A stretch of DNA of 64,000 bases from Antedon mediterranea (taxonomy: Eukaryota > Animalia > Echinodermata): positions 10,230,001 to 10,294,000 of the forward strand of contig NC_092671.1 of NCBI RefSeq assembly GCF_964355755.1. Direction: 5' to 3'. Within the stretch, counting starts at the first letter, position 1. Each line of letters begins with the position of its first letter. Made by a program: the position numbers and the translations under genes. Of the stretch, positions 12,793-26,400 are shown piece by piece. The notes under the pieces were generated by a model, which worked only from the letters and a program-made list of their open reading frames with translations, searched no databases and was not told the origin of the DNA.

Positions 12793-14133
12793 AGAGACTT
12801 TCTCTATTGTAATGTATAAAACCAGTCATGCATTCATACCCAAACAATCCCACATGATAAATGTTATTTTACATACTGCAACCCCTTATCTTCATACATC
12901 AGGTACGAAGATGGCTGGTTGCAATCTTTATACAGCTGGTAGTATCTAATGATATATTTATATTTCTCGGCAATTACCTCTATATTACAGTGACGCATTA
13001 TTTCAGCCATGTTACGTTTAATATAATAAATGTACAGGACTAACGCATTCTCCATTATAATTTTCCAAGTAAACTATAAAAAAAAAAATTGTATATGCCA
13101 TGACCTTTCACCCACAATGTTATAACCAAGTTAACAGCACTGTAACATTGTATGTTCACATCTTAAGTTTTTTTCTTAAAAAAACGTTCGCAGATTCAAT
13201 TCTAAGCATGCATTTGATCAGTCAATATGAGACTACAGAGGGCTCTTCACATAATTTACATACGTGATTGAACTTTAACTTTATCATCATTTATGACTAT
13301 AATTCTGGGAAATATGTGTATAATTTTATGAAGAATTCATTAAACTTCATGTAATGCACTATCTTTGATAGTATAGTTTTACAATTTTGGAATTGTTCTT
13401 AGTTAGTTCTCTTGTCAGAGAAACCCTGATTTCAGTACTAGGTGAAATGTGTATCTAGCCTTATAAACAATGAACACTAAGTAGCTAAAAGAACAGCTAA
13501 GAACTGTTCTTTAAGTATTTGTTCTTAATTCTTGATGTGAGATATTATTAACAATTTTCATTTTGTTTTCGAAGTGATGAAAATTTAAACATTTGAATAA
13601 TAAACAAAACGTTGCTTTTACAAATACAAATTTTGTCTTTTAATAGGCATTTCCAAAAATAGTAACTTAGTTACACTTGAATATTATACTTCTAATTTTT
13701 ATAATATATTAATTAGTGAATATAACTAATTAATATATTGAATAATTGAGATTGAATTTAACATATTGTAATACATTACTAAGATTCTTAATAATAGTAT
13801 TTTTTAGGATGTACCAGTTTTTATCTACAGGTATTGCTCAGTTCAACCCATCTACCAGTAATATTATATAATCAATGTACAATATGATGCACGTAAATTA
13901 CAAGAACATGATAGGTTTAGACAACATTGTTTCTGGCGCTACAAAGAACAAATATGTAAAATGAGATTAAACCTATTAAATGTAATCTTAAACACAAAGC
14001 GCAGAAAACGAACAACCGCTGGAAAAATTAAAATACTTAAAAACACAAAATGCAAAAAAAATAACTTTCTTTCTGATCAATATAATGAATTTTCTATTTA
14101 TCAATGCTATTTACAAGTATATCATTAAGTCTC

Positions 14134-14472
14134 TTAATAAAGACAATGGTACTGAGGCTGACATGGCTGTGTGTTAACCATTTCATGTGAGTATAAACGT
14201 TGATCATACTGCATTAACGGTACCACGCCATTTTCTTCTTTAATTACCGGAGGAGGCTGCTGCGAGACAAGGCTATGTCTTGTGTAATGTCGAACACCAT
14301 CTGGAAACGCCATGATAAAAAGTGCTTCGGGGTCGCAGACGAATTTATAAACGTATCGCTCACCAGCTACTTTCTGCATTATGCCTTTCTCGTAATAGTA
14401 TCTCAATGATCTTGACAGTTTGTCATAGTTCATTGCAGGTCGGTTTTTTTGTATTCCCCATCTCCTTGCCAC
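14134..14472 (-). CDS. Pea3: Pea3 coding exon 10, C-terminal half of the ETS domain and stop
   Basis: [52 protein letters not shown], essentially the PEA3-group ETS consensus; ttttag acceptor; TAA stop. Confidence 0.98.
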   Translation of the reverse strand: MARRWGIQKNRPAMNYDKLSRSLRYYYEKGIMQKVAGERYVYKFVCDPEALFIMAFPDGVRHYTRHSLVSQQPPPVIKEENGVVPLMQYDQRLYSHEMVNTQPCQPQYHCLY

Positions 14473-17400
14473 CTAAAAAACAAAACAATTTTTATTAGGA
14501 AAAATATTATACACAATGATTAGGTAGAGCTATTTCCTAACTTTTAAATTAATAAAAAAAACAGATTTGATTTAAGGTCAGGTCAGTAAGAAGCAGAATT
14601 TGTACCAAAAGCTATCATATAGAACTGTTAACGTGCAATAGAACTTATATTGAATAGCACGCAATATAAAGATAGAGAACGAATATAAACCAGCATTTGT
14701 GTGTGCTTATATTTAATTCACAATCTGGTAGCAGTAGGACTAATAGTAACACATTTAATTAAGTTCCTTATTTACCTCTTCAGGGTCAATGAGTTTAAAC
14801 TCAAGTCCACGACCAGTCCAAGTGATGTAACCTGAATTAGCTGGATCTTCTAAAAGTGTCACCAGAAACTGCCACAACTGGAGAGATCCACGTCGCTGGT
14901 ATGGAGGTCCTGTAAACGGCTCTGTCTTAGGTTTCACTATTAAAAAAAAAATATTGAAAGATTTAGATGAAAAAACACCCTAAATGAAAATTATTTATCT
15001 AAAATTATGTGTTAAATTATAGTATATATTAGATTGTTTTTATAGAGTTATATTTATTTGACATAGTTAATAATAATTTTTAATTACAGATTATATTGAC
15101 CAAGTTACGTCAGTGAATTTAAACTGAGCCCAGATTCAGTCCAGTGGTCGGAGAAAACGTTGGGTTTTGTTACATATTTCGATTACTCATGCAAGCTTTG
15201 TACAGAATCCCAAATTAGTAGGTTCTATTCTTAAAAACTACACCGTTTTTACATAAATGTTGTTGTCTAGCCACAGGACCAAAATTCTGGCTCAGTGTGA
15301 ACATAGCTTTAGAGTGAAATAAATTCTTTCCAAGCTAGTGTGATGTGCCCAAATATGGTAGTGATATGGTCAAATATGGTAGTGATATGAAATCATCATG
15401 CCCATATATGGGCACATCACATTTTTTTGTCACATAAAATTTCATAAACATTGTTTGAATGGTTTTATGTATGTTTTAGCAATCATCCGGTTTGTAATTT
15501 TTACAAGATAACATGCTTAATCTCCTTTCTTACCAGGTAAATGAGTCTTGACAGGGGCGAGTTTCTCCGGTACTGCAGCATCTTCAAAAGTTGATCTAGG
15601 ACTGATACTCGATCTTGGGCTACAGTTCTCAAATTGACCTGAAATGATAAAAACAAATTCACTTAATTATGATATGTAGTGAACAAATATAGATTTTGTA
15701 TAAATAAATGTGTAGGTCTTTCACAAATGAAGGATCTCTGAGACAGCTTTTTAATGATAACGACTAATAATACTAATAGTGTAAATAATTAGGACCAGGG
15801 CTTCTACTAAAAATGAACACTTTTCTAGTCTACTGACATGTACAACTACTTCAAACTAACAAAGTAGAGTGTGAATAAACAATAGACAACAATTAATAAA
15901 TATCTGGCTTACAGATCACTGAATACACATCAATAAGATGATGATATGAGTGAGTATAATAAGACATAAAAAAGAATCTTCAGGATACAACAATTTACCA
16001 GAAAGAAGAATGAGTAGAAACTATTGGTTAATTTGGTAATCTCATATTCAAAACCAAAATTGTTTTCCATCAGAAATTGCTATTTTTTTACAAGGATCAA
16101 ATAAATATCTTGATTGATTGATCTTATTTGATTATACAATTGATATACTACTGTACTAGCATGATATGTAAAACAGAATCTCTGTGGGCTAGTGACATGA
16201 AAAATTAGCTCATTAATTCATTTAAAAAACACCAGGTCTGTAATAGGCTGATAGATGAGTATAAAGTTTGGCTAGGAAATCATGTGGGCTAGTTATAATA
16301 GGTTTACTACTAATACCCTACTATTGTCAACAAAATAACAATACAGTATTACATAAAACCAGCAAAAATGCACTCAATATGCAGTAAATATTAATATATG
16401 TTATGATGAAATATTTAAATTGTTCATTATGCAAATTTTCTTTCTGCTATATTCTTTGCTAAGCAAGTATAAACCATTCTTTACAAAAACTATATCGTTA
16501 CAATTGGGAATTTTGTTTTAATATACCCGCTTTAACAATAACAATTTAAAGAGCAATATAATTTAAATGTTTGTATGGCCGATAAAGAGTACCAAAGGAA
16601 GGTTTTGATACACCATATGTTTCTATATAATAGGAAACAATGTTCAGTTGAGAATTGAAAGAGATTTTTAACTTTCATTCGAAGCGACTTTATTTGACCT
16701 AATGAACAATATAATATATTCAGATTAAAATTCATTTACCAAAGATTAAGTACATAATGTGTTATAGATAACGCTTAAAACAATGATATGTTGAGAATAT
16801 AGATTTAGATTTCACGTCTTACCTTCATTTTTGTTAGTTGTTGGCATTGTGTAATGATTTTCCATTCTTCTGTAACATCCTGACTTTGAAGATGCATCTA
16901 CAACAAAGAAATATAAATGTATTAGTAATCAAATATTTATTATATTTTCAAGTTTCTAAGTCCCATACTAAACCCTCAAGCCCACCTATTCACCAGTGAA
17001 ATTTGGTCACAAAATCAGTGGCCATATTTCATTTTGGATTTCTTCCCTTTTACACAGGCTATGGGAAATGTTAACCCTTAATCCTTAAATATAAGCGAAA
17101 TTACATGGAATTTAATGGAAATATTTCATTTAAGGGTGATAATATGGTACGGCAACAAACACCCAGAAAACTGATAACATTCCCGAAACTAGTTTTAGAA
17201 TTATTTCTTGCTATTTGTAAAATATTGCATCTCCAGATACTTGTCACCAATGCTAAGGATGTTTAAGAGAGTTGACTTATTTAATTTCAATAAATGTGTT
17301 CTCATAAAATGTAAAATAAACTGCACTAATATAAAAAAAAAATACTTACCTGATTCATAACCAAAATCCTGTGGCTCCTGCTTGATGTCAAAGTTCATGA

Positions 17401-20400
17401 AATGTTGGTTGTTGTACTGACAATCCAAGGAATTCGACTTCATAAATACCGGCTCAGAATTCTGTCGTCTAAACTGGCGCTGGTCGATGTTAAGAGGAGG
17501 GCTAAAACAGGGCTCAGTAGATTGACGAAGTAATCTAGAAAAATACATTATGTTAACTTGCAAAGTTTATTTCTTTAATAACCTTGATAGCTAAAGCCAA
17601 AACACAACTGAAACTATCCAGAAGTTCTCAGAGTTTTATAGGTAGAAACTGTTTATCTAATTTGGATACACCTTATTAATTTGCACCAATCACAGATTGT
17701 CCTATTGTTCTTAACCATTGTTGACTTTTTGTCTTTCACCCAGGATAGCATTGTATGTTATATAATGACACATTGTAGTAGAATTGTAAGATGGGTGCGT
17801 CAAATTAAGAAATGGGGGTAGCATCATGGTAGGCACTACCCTTAAATAAATCAATGAATTACAAATTATTGTTATTCCTTGGGCACCCAATTATTTCTTA
17901 TAAAATTTAGTAAATATAAATACTATTACTTTGATATTTATATGTAACCAAGGTCCTAAAAGACACCAGTCTTTTTGACTGATTGGACCACTCTGAGAAT
18001 ATTGTGAATAAATAAATATCTAAAAATTATAAGTATACAGTATTTAGTATTTATTTAGTATTTGTTGTTTTGTTTTGTCTAAATGCTAAAATACCATATT
18101 CTTGTTAATGGTTTGATCATTATTATTAGGTAGGTATCATTTAAAAATCATCTGCTTTTTTTATAATAGCTTCTATCCACCAATATATTATTACAGTTAT
18201 TTTGCAATAACAAACCTTTTATCGCGGTAATTTGGTGTGCCCATCTGTGTCATAAATTGTTGATCTTTCATTGTCTGCTGATGCATGTTATCTTTCATCA
18301 TGAAATTGTAGTTGACGTCCGGTACTGATGGCGGCAGCGGCGTTGTAGATTGTCGTAGTATTGGGGGCGACACCATTGGGTTACTCTGTGGAAGTGGTTG
18401 GGTCTGTGGCTGCGTCTGTTGTTGGGGTACCATTGCAGGCACATTGTGATTATCAGATGCTGGTTTGTTCACAAATGCTTTTTCACCAAATTCAAACTTG
18501 TTATCAAATGTAAATTTAGGAGTTTTCATGTGAGAGCATGGCTTCTGACAAAATGGGCTTCTTGGTTCAGGTTTGATCTTGATACTAGCAAGCACTGTAA
18601 GATATAAAATAATGAATATTATTTTATTGGTGTTTATTATTTTTTTAAATAATTTCATAAAGAAATTCCCTTAAATAATGGATAATATATGAAGTCGTAC
18701 TAATCTGTGACAACAACCAATTGAAGAAGAAGATTTGTGTATTTACAGTAGCTTGAAAATGTATTTATCAAAAAAAAAAGCTACATATTATAATTAGTAT
18801 ACTGGAATATCTTCAATGTATCTGTAATTCTAACAACTTGATTTGCAGAAGTATGAATATGGCAACAAACATGGTATGAATATGGCAACAAACATGGTAT
18901 GAATATGGCAACAAACATGGTATGAATATGGCAACAAACATGGTATGAATATGGCAACAAACATGGTATGAATATGGCAACAAACATGGTATGAATATGG
19001 CAACAAACATGGTATGAATATGGAAACAAACATGGTATGAATATGGAAACAAACGTCTTCATTTTATATTTATTCTGTTATAAAACATAGATCTATAATG
19101 CTACCTATTCTTGTACATATCAACACTTGGCAGTACACCTTAGCCTGGGTTACGTCCTATAATTCAATTTATCAACCAATTTTCATTGAATATCTACTAA
19201 GTTATTCTATCAACATGGCATTTCTGGCCATCTGGGAGAATACATTTTTGGTAGTAATTAAATGATGAGAAGAAACTCAATATCTGTTGATTCAAGCAAA
19301 CGTTATATATCCGTATTCATTTGCTTAGCGTTATTCATTCACTCTTTTATTTAAGATATTATCCATACTATATCCATATAAAGAAAAACCAACTTTTTCT
19401 AAATCTCACAGATTTACTCATCTTATCGTTTCAAATTAATTAATTAATTTTCAGTATATCACCAGGCGGTTTAGAATTAATGTTCTTTGCCTGTTGTGTA
19501 TATATATATATTTATCTACACAAAACATTAATGGACAAATTCATTTATTCTAATATTCTCTCTAAGCAGAGCACATTTTCAATGTTTCCCTCTTACACAT
19601 GTATATTCTGTGAAACCTATTATAAATACTTATCTATTATAATAACAAAGGCAATTCTGTATGATACAGTATAAAAACAAGGCCTATTATATTTTATAGT
19701 AATCGTCAATACAGGCAACAAGACAACTTGCAGCCAAAAATGAAATAATAAAAGATATAATAATTATGAAGTTAAAAACATTAAATCTCCAAATAAAACA
19801 ATATTAAAGTTACTGAGGTCAAGTTTATACTGTGGATTATACTACAATACAATTAAATTGAATTCAATATTATTAAATAAATATACTAGGCTTTTAACTG
19901 GGGATTTTTTTCAAAAGCTTTCCCTGATTTATTTAATAAACAAGTAATCATATTTGGATCTTCTGTAATTTTAACCTGTGTTTAAAATGTTTTAATTGGA
20001 AATCAATAATCTTTAAGAAAATGGTTCAATTTGGTATTATAATTTTGATAAACTAGAACTTTTTGCAGTATGCAACGGGTGAGTGAACAGGAATACTGTA
20101 CTTATATTTTAAGTACCTGCACATTTTATAACATATGTCTTTATCATGTAAATATGCCACTATTGTATGTCTTCATAAATACATTACTATTATTACATCC
20201 TTATTTGACAGTATCAAACAATAAAACAGACATTAGAATGTATCTGTGGCATGTGCAAAAAAACAAGGATACATATGTATAATATACATACAGTTAATGT
20301 ATGTATAATAAATCCAAAGGAAAATTACTGAAAAAATGACAATGCTGTGGGTATCAGTGGCTGGATCTCAATGGAGATACAAAATAAAAGCGAAAAGCTA

Positions 20401-23400
20401 AATCAAAACGAGAAGTAAAACAGCCAGAAAAGTTAGCAGAGCTTTCGGGCAACACTAGCCCTTCATCAGTGCAAGTGATATACATACATTTAATGTATGT
20501 ATAATGTACATGTATGTGAAACATTAATGTTTTTAAAAATAATAATTAAATAATACATGGCAAACAAAAAGTGATTAAATTATAATATATAATAACTTTA
20601 AATAAACATATTTATTCTTACTTTCGTTTTTGAAAAAAATATTTTAATTCAAAAGTAAAGAAACCAAGGGGAAAAAAAATGCGAGAAAATTGACTCGACG
20701 TCTGTGATACTAATGAAAAAATATGTGTAACCATATTATCATGTTTAACTAATTTTTTAATTATTTTTAGCAGAATATTAATACTGCCCTCTATAGTTTA
20801 AAAAATGGAATCCTTGGGCCTACATTGCTTGTTAGTCATCGCTGCATTTAATCAAATGGCTACAGTACCTACCAGCTAAAATGATATTTTGTAGTTATGG
20901 ATGTTTCCAGGCCATAATTGTCCTATAGGTTGCATCGGACAGGCGATTTGATTGTTACATTTATAAATCTTGGTGAACAAAGTATAGTAGTACAAAGTAT
21001 GGTAGTACAAAGTATATATACAGAGGTTCAATAAATAAATAACAAATATACAAAATGTTTAAAAAAGGAAATTGTATTGCTGAATTTTCAATACGATACA
21101 ACATTCCAAATTGCTTTTAAAAAAAAGTTATTTTTAAGAGAACTCTATTTACTCCAATAACAACAATTACACAATAATGAAATCACATAATTTATATACT
21201 CGGATCTGAGATTCCTAATGCTAACAATTAAAACACTATCATCATAGACCTAGTTTTTACTAGACAAAATAATACACAATAAATTTGTCAAGTAAAGTAC
21301 ATTATGGGTATCCAATAAACATGTGGGTTGTGGGATGGGTAGCTGGGTAAACCCTGAAATAGAACTGTATGATGTGGTTAACACAAAGCAGTAACTACAC
21401 CACTAAAACTTGAGTCTTTACATTCCTCTTGTTATCATTAGTAACAAGCCACAGTGTATAGGCATACCATTGTATGATCTTATTAAGTGAAAACTTCCAG
21501 AAGCAAGCTGATTTGTTTGGCAGCCCAAGGCCATGAAAGTGAATGCTTCCCGATAATTATCTGTCCTACTAGCCAACGACTGCAACTCAACGCATAAACT
21601 AAGTGAAGCAGGAGGTCCCTTAAAGCTTCGTTGGCAAACTTTCAAAGCTATTACAACAACATAATTCTTTTTATCGCTTTTAATTTTTTTAAAACTTAAA
21701 TGAACAAACAAGAATATTGAAATAATAATAAACAGTTTGCATTTCATACAAAACATTTCTTCATAGTGAGAGGTATAGAACACTTTTCAAGTACTATATT
21801 CATTATAGTTTAAAGTACTTGAATATTTCTTACAACAGACATTTTAAAATTGAACTTGTAGATAGAGTTTATTGGCAAATACTGTAGCTGTGACCCCAGG
21901 GGATCTTATAAATGACTTTAACAATATTCTCTGTTAACTTTATGGGTTAAACCATTTAGTTAAAGGGGAACGTGAAAGTACAATTCAACTAGAAGTGTCA
22001 ATACATTTTGTCCTACCATATAAATCATTATCATAAGAATTTAATACAGGGGTGAACCAGTATGTTGTGTACTGGTCAACATTTTCACCAATTGTCATGT
22101 TTTCTTAGTAATTGTTATTTACAGTATTTAAAACAGTTTAAATTTCTTGGATTTCAGAGTATTTTCTAATATAAAAATATATAAAAAGCATTGCAATTAT
22201 TCCAATGAAATAGGGAGGAAATGGCAGATAAAAACTGATTCTTAGAATATTTAAGATAGACTTCAATTAAGATTTTAAGACTTATTGTCTAATGGTTACC
22301 ACAGAGTGGATTTATTCAAAATCCAACAGATGAACAACCAAGGATAATATTAAAAAATCCAAGGTTTAAGTTAATATGTTCAAAACTTTAAAATAAAGAT
22401 AATTCCCAACATACAATTGTATAATGTCTTTTAGTTTACCATTTAAAGGGTTTTTGTACTCATTTTGTGCAAGTTAAAACAACAATTTCAATTCATTTTC
22501 ATAAGATACATCATTATGTAATAACATGAGTTATTTTTAAAATACTGTAATTATTTATTACCTTTTTTATATAAAAAGTGCATGGTTACTACAAATACAA
22601 ATATAGATAAAAAAAAATTCAAAATGTTGCAATCTCAATTTGTCTTTTATTAAAGTGAATAATGGTTGGTATTTGAAAAAGTTTTTTTAGTAGTACTATA
22701 GAGCTCGTCTCTTACACTGAGTAGCGTCTAAACATCCAGCTAGTTAATCGTCAATATTTGCCCTGTTTTCTATCAAGACATAGCGATAATTTAATTGGCA
22801 CCTTAGTAATCTCTTGTACAATTCCTTATTTTGATATTGGATTAAAACCGTTGCCAAATTGCGACATCATCCAGGTTAAATCTTGCTCTCGGCTTACAGA
22901 ATGTAGTAAATGAACGAATATAAGAACACAAATAAGTGTAATAGTATTAAATACGGATAAATAATCAGGACAGGATAATAAATCGTTATTTACCTTATAA
23001 TTTTAAAAATATTCCGTTTAACAAACTTCATGAATCATCAGCATTAAGTAACAATCAAGAAATTAGTAACGGAAGAGAATGGTAAATCAAGAAGGTAGCA
23101 AAATGTTAAAAACAGATGAGGCAAAGATGCTTTAAATATAATTATTAATATAAAATATGACGTTCTGTGCTGGGGAATTGGGGTTGTTGGTGAAAATTTC
23201 AGACTAGGTGAGAGCCTCGTCGGCCTCATGCTGGCTATGGCCCTGTAAATCAGTATAAATAAAATTCCTTGCCCATTATTTGATGTTAATTATTTTCAAT
23301 ATGTACAGACAAGTTGTTGTTATGTCAATGTTCAACTTATTATGTTAGATGACATAAGTAAATTATTCACTTATTAAGTCATTAGATCAAGTCACAGCTT

Positions 23401-26400
23401 CACACATGCAATCGTGTATGACGCAAATCTTGCGATATTTATTACTAAGTTAAGATTTTTACAAAATATCTTTTTTCTAAACATAAGTTGTTTGTTATTA
23501 TCACTTTATATCACGTCCTTAAATTAATGTTAATTACTCACAAAAACAAATTTTAAATATATTCATTTAAATAGAATGCAACAAATTTTAAGTGTGCTGT
23601 TTAGAGTAATAAACTATTAATTTATCCAAGGTTGAAAAAAGTTATTAAAATACAACAAGTTAAGATGCATTGAAAAATGAATTAAAAATATTGAGTGTGA
23701 ATGTTTCAATTTTTGTTGGAATAACTTGTTCTCACTCGCTGTACTAAAGGATCATTGATAACTTTAGTGTTTTAATATGTTTCAAATTTTAAATTTAGGT
23801 TAAATACTATAGGCCTAGTACAATTTTCTACAAACTGTAGTATATACAGACTGAAATTTAAACATGTTGGTACATTGAAATTTAAAAATAATTTATCAAG
23901 TAGATGTGTTTATTTATTTTGTGAGAATGAAAGGAAGATATTTTCTATTAAGGTAAGATTTTTTGTTGTTGTGAAAAATGGGGAATCTGAAATTAGACAT
24001 TTTGGCTATGCGTGGTAACAAGACAGAGACTAATTTGTATAATTTTAGAAGGGCAATAAAAAGGATTTAATTATGGGACAATATTATAAAATATAGCATT
24101 GATTTAATAGTCTATAAAGATATAACGTGGAAGTGAATACTTAATTATTTATCAACTATAAAGTATATGTAATTATTAAGTCTGTTAAATGTGTTCAAAT
24201 ATATATGGTAAAATATGCAGAGGTCCTTAGGTTAATAATTCAATATTATTTTGTAATGAAAACTAGTATTACTGAAATCAATAAAATCAACACTTTGATA
24301 TTAGCGCTAAAAGGAAGGATTTACTCAAAAACAGAGGATGACATAAACTTGAATAGGCATTAAAAGGAAGATCACACTTCCAATTACCTGATAGTTTCCT
24401 TATTTTTTCTTCAGCAAACAACAACAAAACAAATCTACTTACTTACTATGACAAGAAGTAATATAGTTATTAAACATGCTATTGACAAACATAGTCTTTT
24501 TATATGTTTGAGTGTAAATATATCAGAAAACGAAAAATTTAAGTAAACAACAATAAAAAACTATCGATCTTCATCAACTACCTTACAATGCATTGTATAA
24601 AGAAGATAGCAAATCAATTACCTACAGAACAGATATTTTCCTTTTTTTTTCCTACAACTACACTATCAATAAAAAAAATACACAAACGAAACTAATAAGC
24701 AAATAAGTATTAAGTAAATATGAAATTTTAGTGTAAATATATCATAAAAATGAATATTTAAATAAATGACAATTAAAAACTCTCGATCTATATCAACTAT
24801 TGCCAAGTATACTCCAAGAAATTTGTATAATACTAATTAATTCCAATACGTTTACGTGTGCATTGGAACGTTGCTTGTTCTATTGTTTAGTGTTTTCATA
24901 CAGCAATCGCATAGACCTTAACTTATGGGTTCATCGTGCAAACACAATATGTTGAATAAATGTTTCCCTCACCTAAGGGCATAGTTCTTCTGCTCCAACT
25001 CACCTTTTTATAGTCTTTTATTTGTTTGCAATCATTTCATCACCGACCTTAAATATAAGTCATATGTGATAACAATATATCTTACTTTTTAACTAATAGG
25101 TGTATCATTGTAATGAAATATTATATTCTCAATGTATCCGTTTAAATCTTACTGTGTGATTATTTTTGGTGTACTGTTCCCATTATTTGATTGTATCTAT
25201 TAACTTTGCCTTCTGATATAAAATAATTCAAGATGTACGAAAACTAAAGTTGAATAAATAACTTTGAATGAATAGGCAATTTTTGTAGTTTTGAAAGTTG
25301 TTCACTTTTGACACCCCCTACCACAAAAAAAAAGGATTCAAAGGAATAACATTAATATAAATGGCCTATCCAACAACAAATTTGTTTAGGGAGACAATTT
25401 ATATCTTTAACGTGTTGCAAATAATATTTGGTTTTCATTAGAAAACTTTATAAATAAATAAAAAATTATGGAAAGTAACATTAATTATTACTTGTTATCA
25501 TCACAACTAAATTATTAACAAACAAACCAATGCATAATTTAAAAGCATATAGTTCACTGAAATCAAACTATGAATAAGAGTAAGGTGTATAATACATAAT
25601 ACTGTGGAACTAATATTTTTCTCAGACAGGTTAAATGTTAAGCTCCAAACATAAGCTGTAAACTCCATGCAGTATGTAAACATTTTAAGGAGTATAGACC
25701 AAAAAGGTGGTAAATTAACGTCAATATTGTTTCTTAAATATATTAATTGTAATAATGTACTTTAGGGTCATAGGCGATTATTGTGACTTGTAACTTGTTT
25801 TGTTGGAAATACAACACCTAAAGGCATTGTTTTTTTTTTGGTTATCCGCAACGAAGTTGCAGGATAACCTCTTGTGATTGTACGAAATCATCATCATCAT
25901 CATCATCATCAACTTTTTATTCTTCTTCTTTCTTTCTGTATGATTTTTGTGTAACGCTTTTCTCTAAAACTCGCAAACATAACATTTTGTTAACTATGTT
26001 AACATTTTGACATTTATGTAACGTCGTCAAGCGAAGCTTTTCATGATGTTTACAATTGCGCAACGTTACGTACGCGCGATTTAACGATTTTATCGTATTT
26101 AACATATGTCGAAAACCAAATAACATTTTAAAGTGAAACTTTGCAAAAGTTTAATTTATATCATGCGCTAAATTTCTGTTGAAAAAAAATTGCGTGTTTT
26201 ACACAAAGTTACGCGCGCACGCACTTTTAAAATTTCAAAATGCGCAAAATTAATTTATAATCAACTTTCTACGCGTTTCATGTCGTTTTAAGCATGTCAA
26301 AAATTCCCACGCGTGCGCACATTTCTACGTGTGCGGTGCGCACGTAGCATTTAAAACGTATTTTTTTCGCGTGATTTATGTTTTTCCAGCCTTTTCTAGT

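Larger units (their letters stand above)
10975..14133 (-). other. Putative Pea3 3' UTR (~3.1 kb) ending near AATAAA at 11002-10997
   Basis: Minus-strand AATAAA followed by U/GU-rich sequence, close to where CpG depletion ends. Other AATAAA hexamers exist nearer the stop, so the end is uncertain. Confidence 0.45.

Noticed and set aside
18781-19062. Three overlapping repetitive ORFs and a CRISPR-like look
   Set aside because: A 23-bp head-to-tail minisatellite with no spacers and no minus-strand stops; eukaryotic intron; no cas genes.
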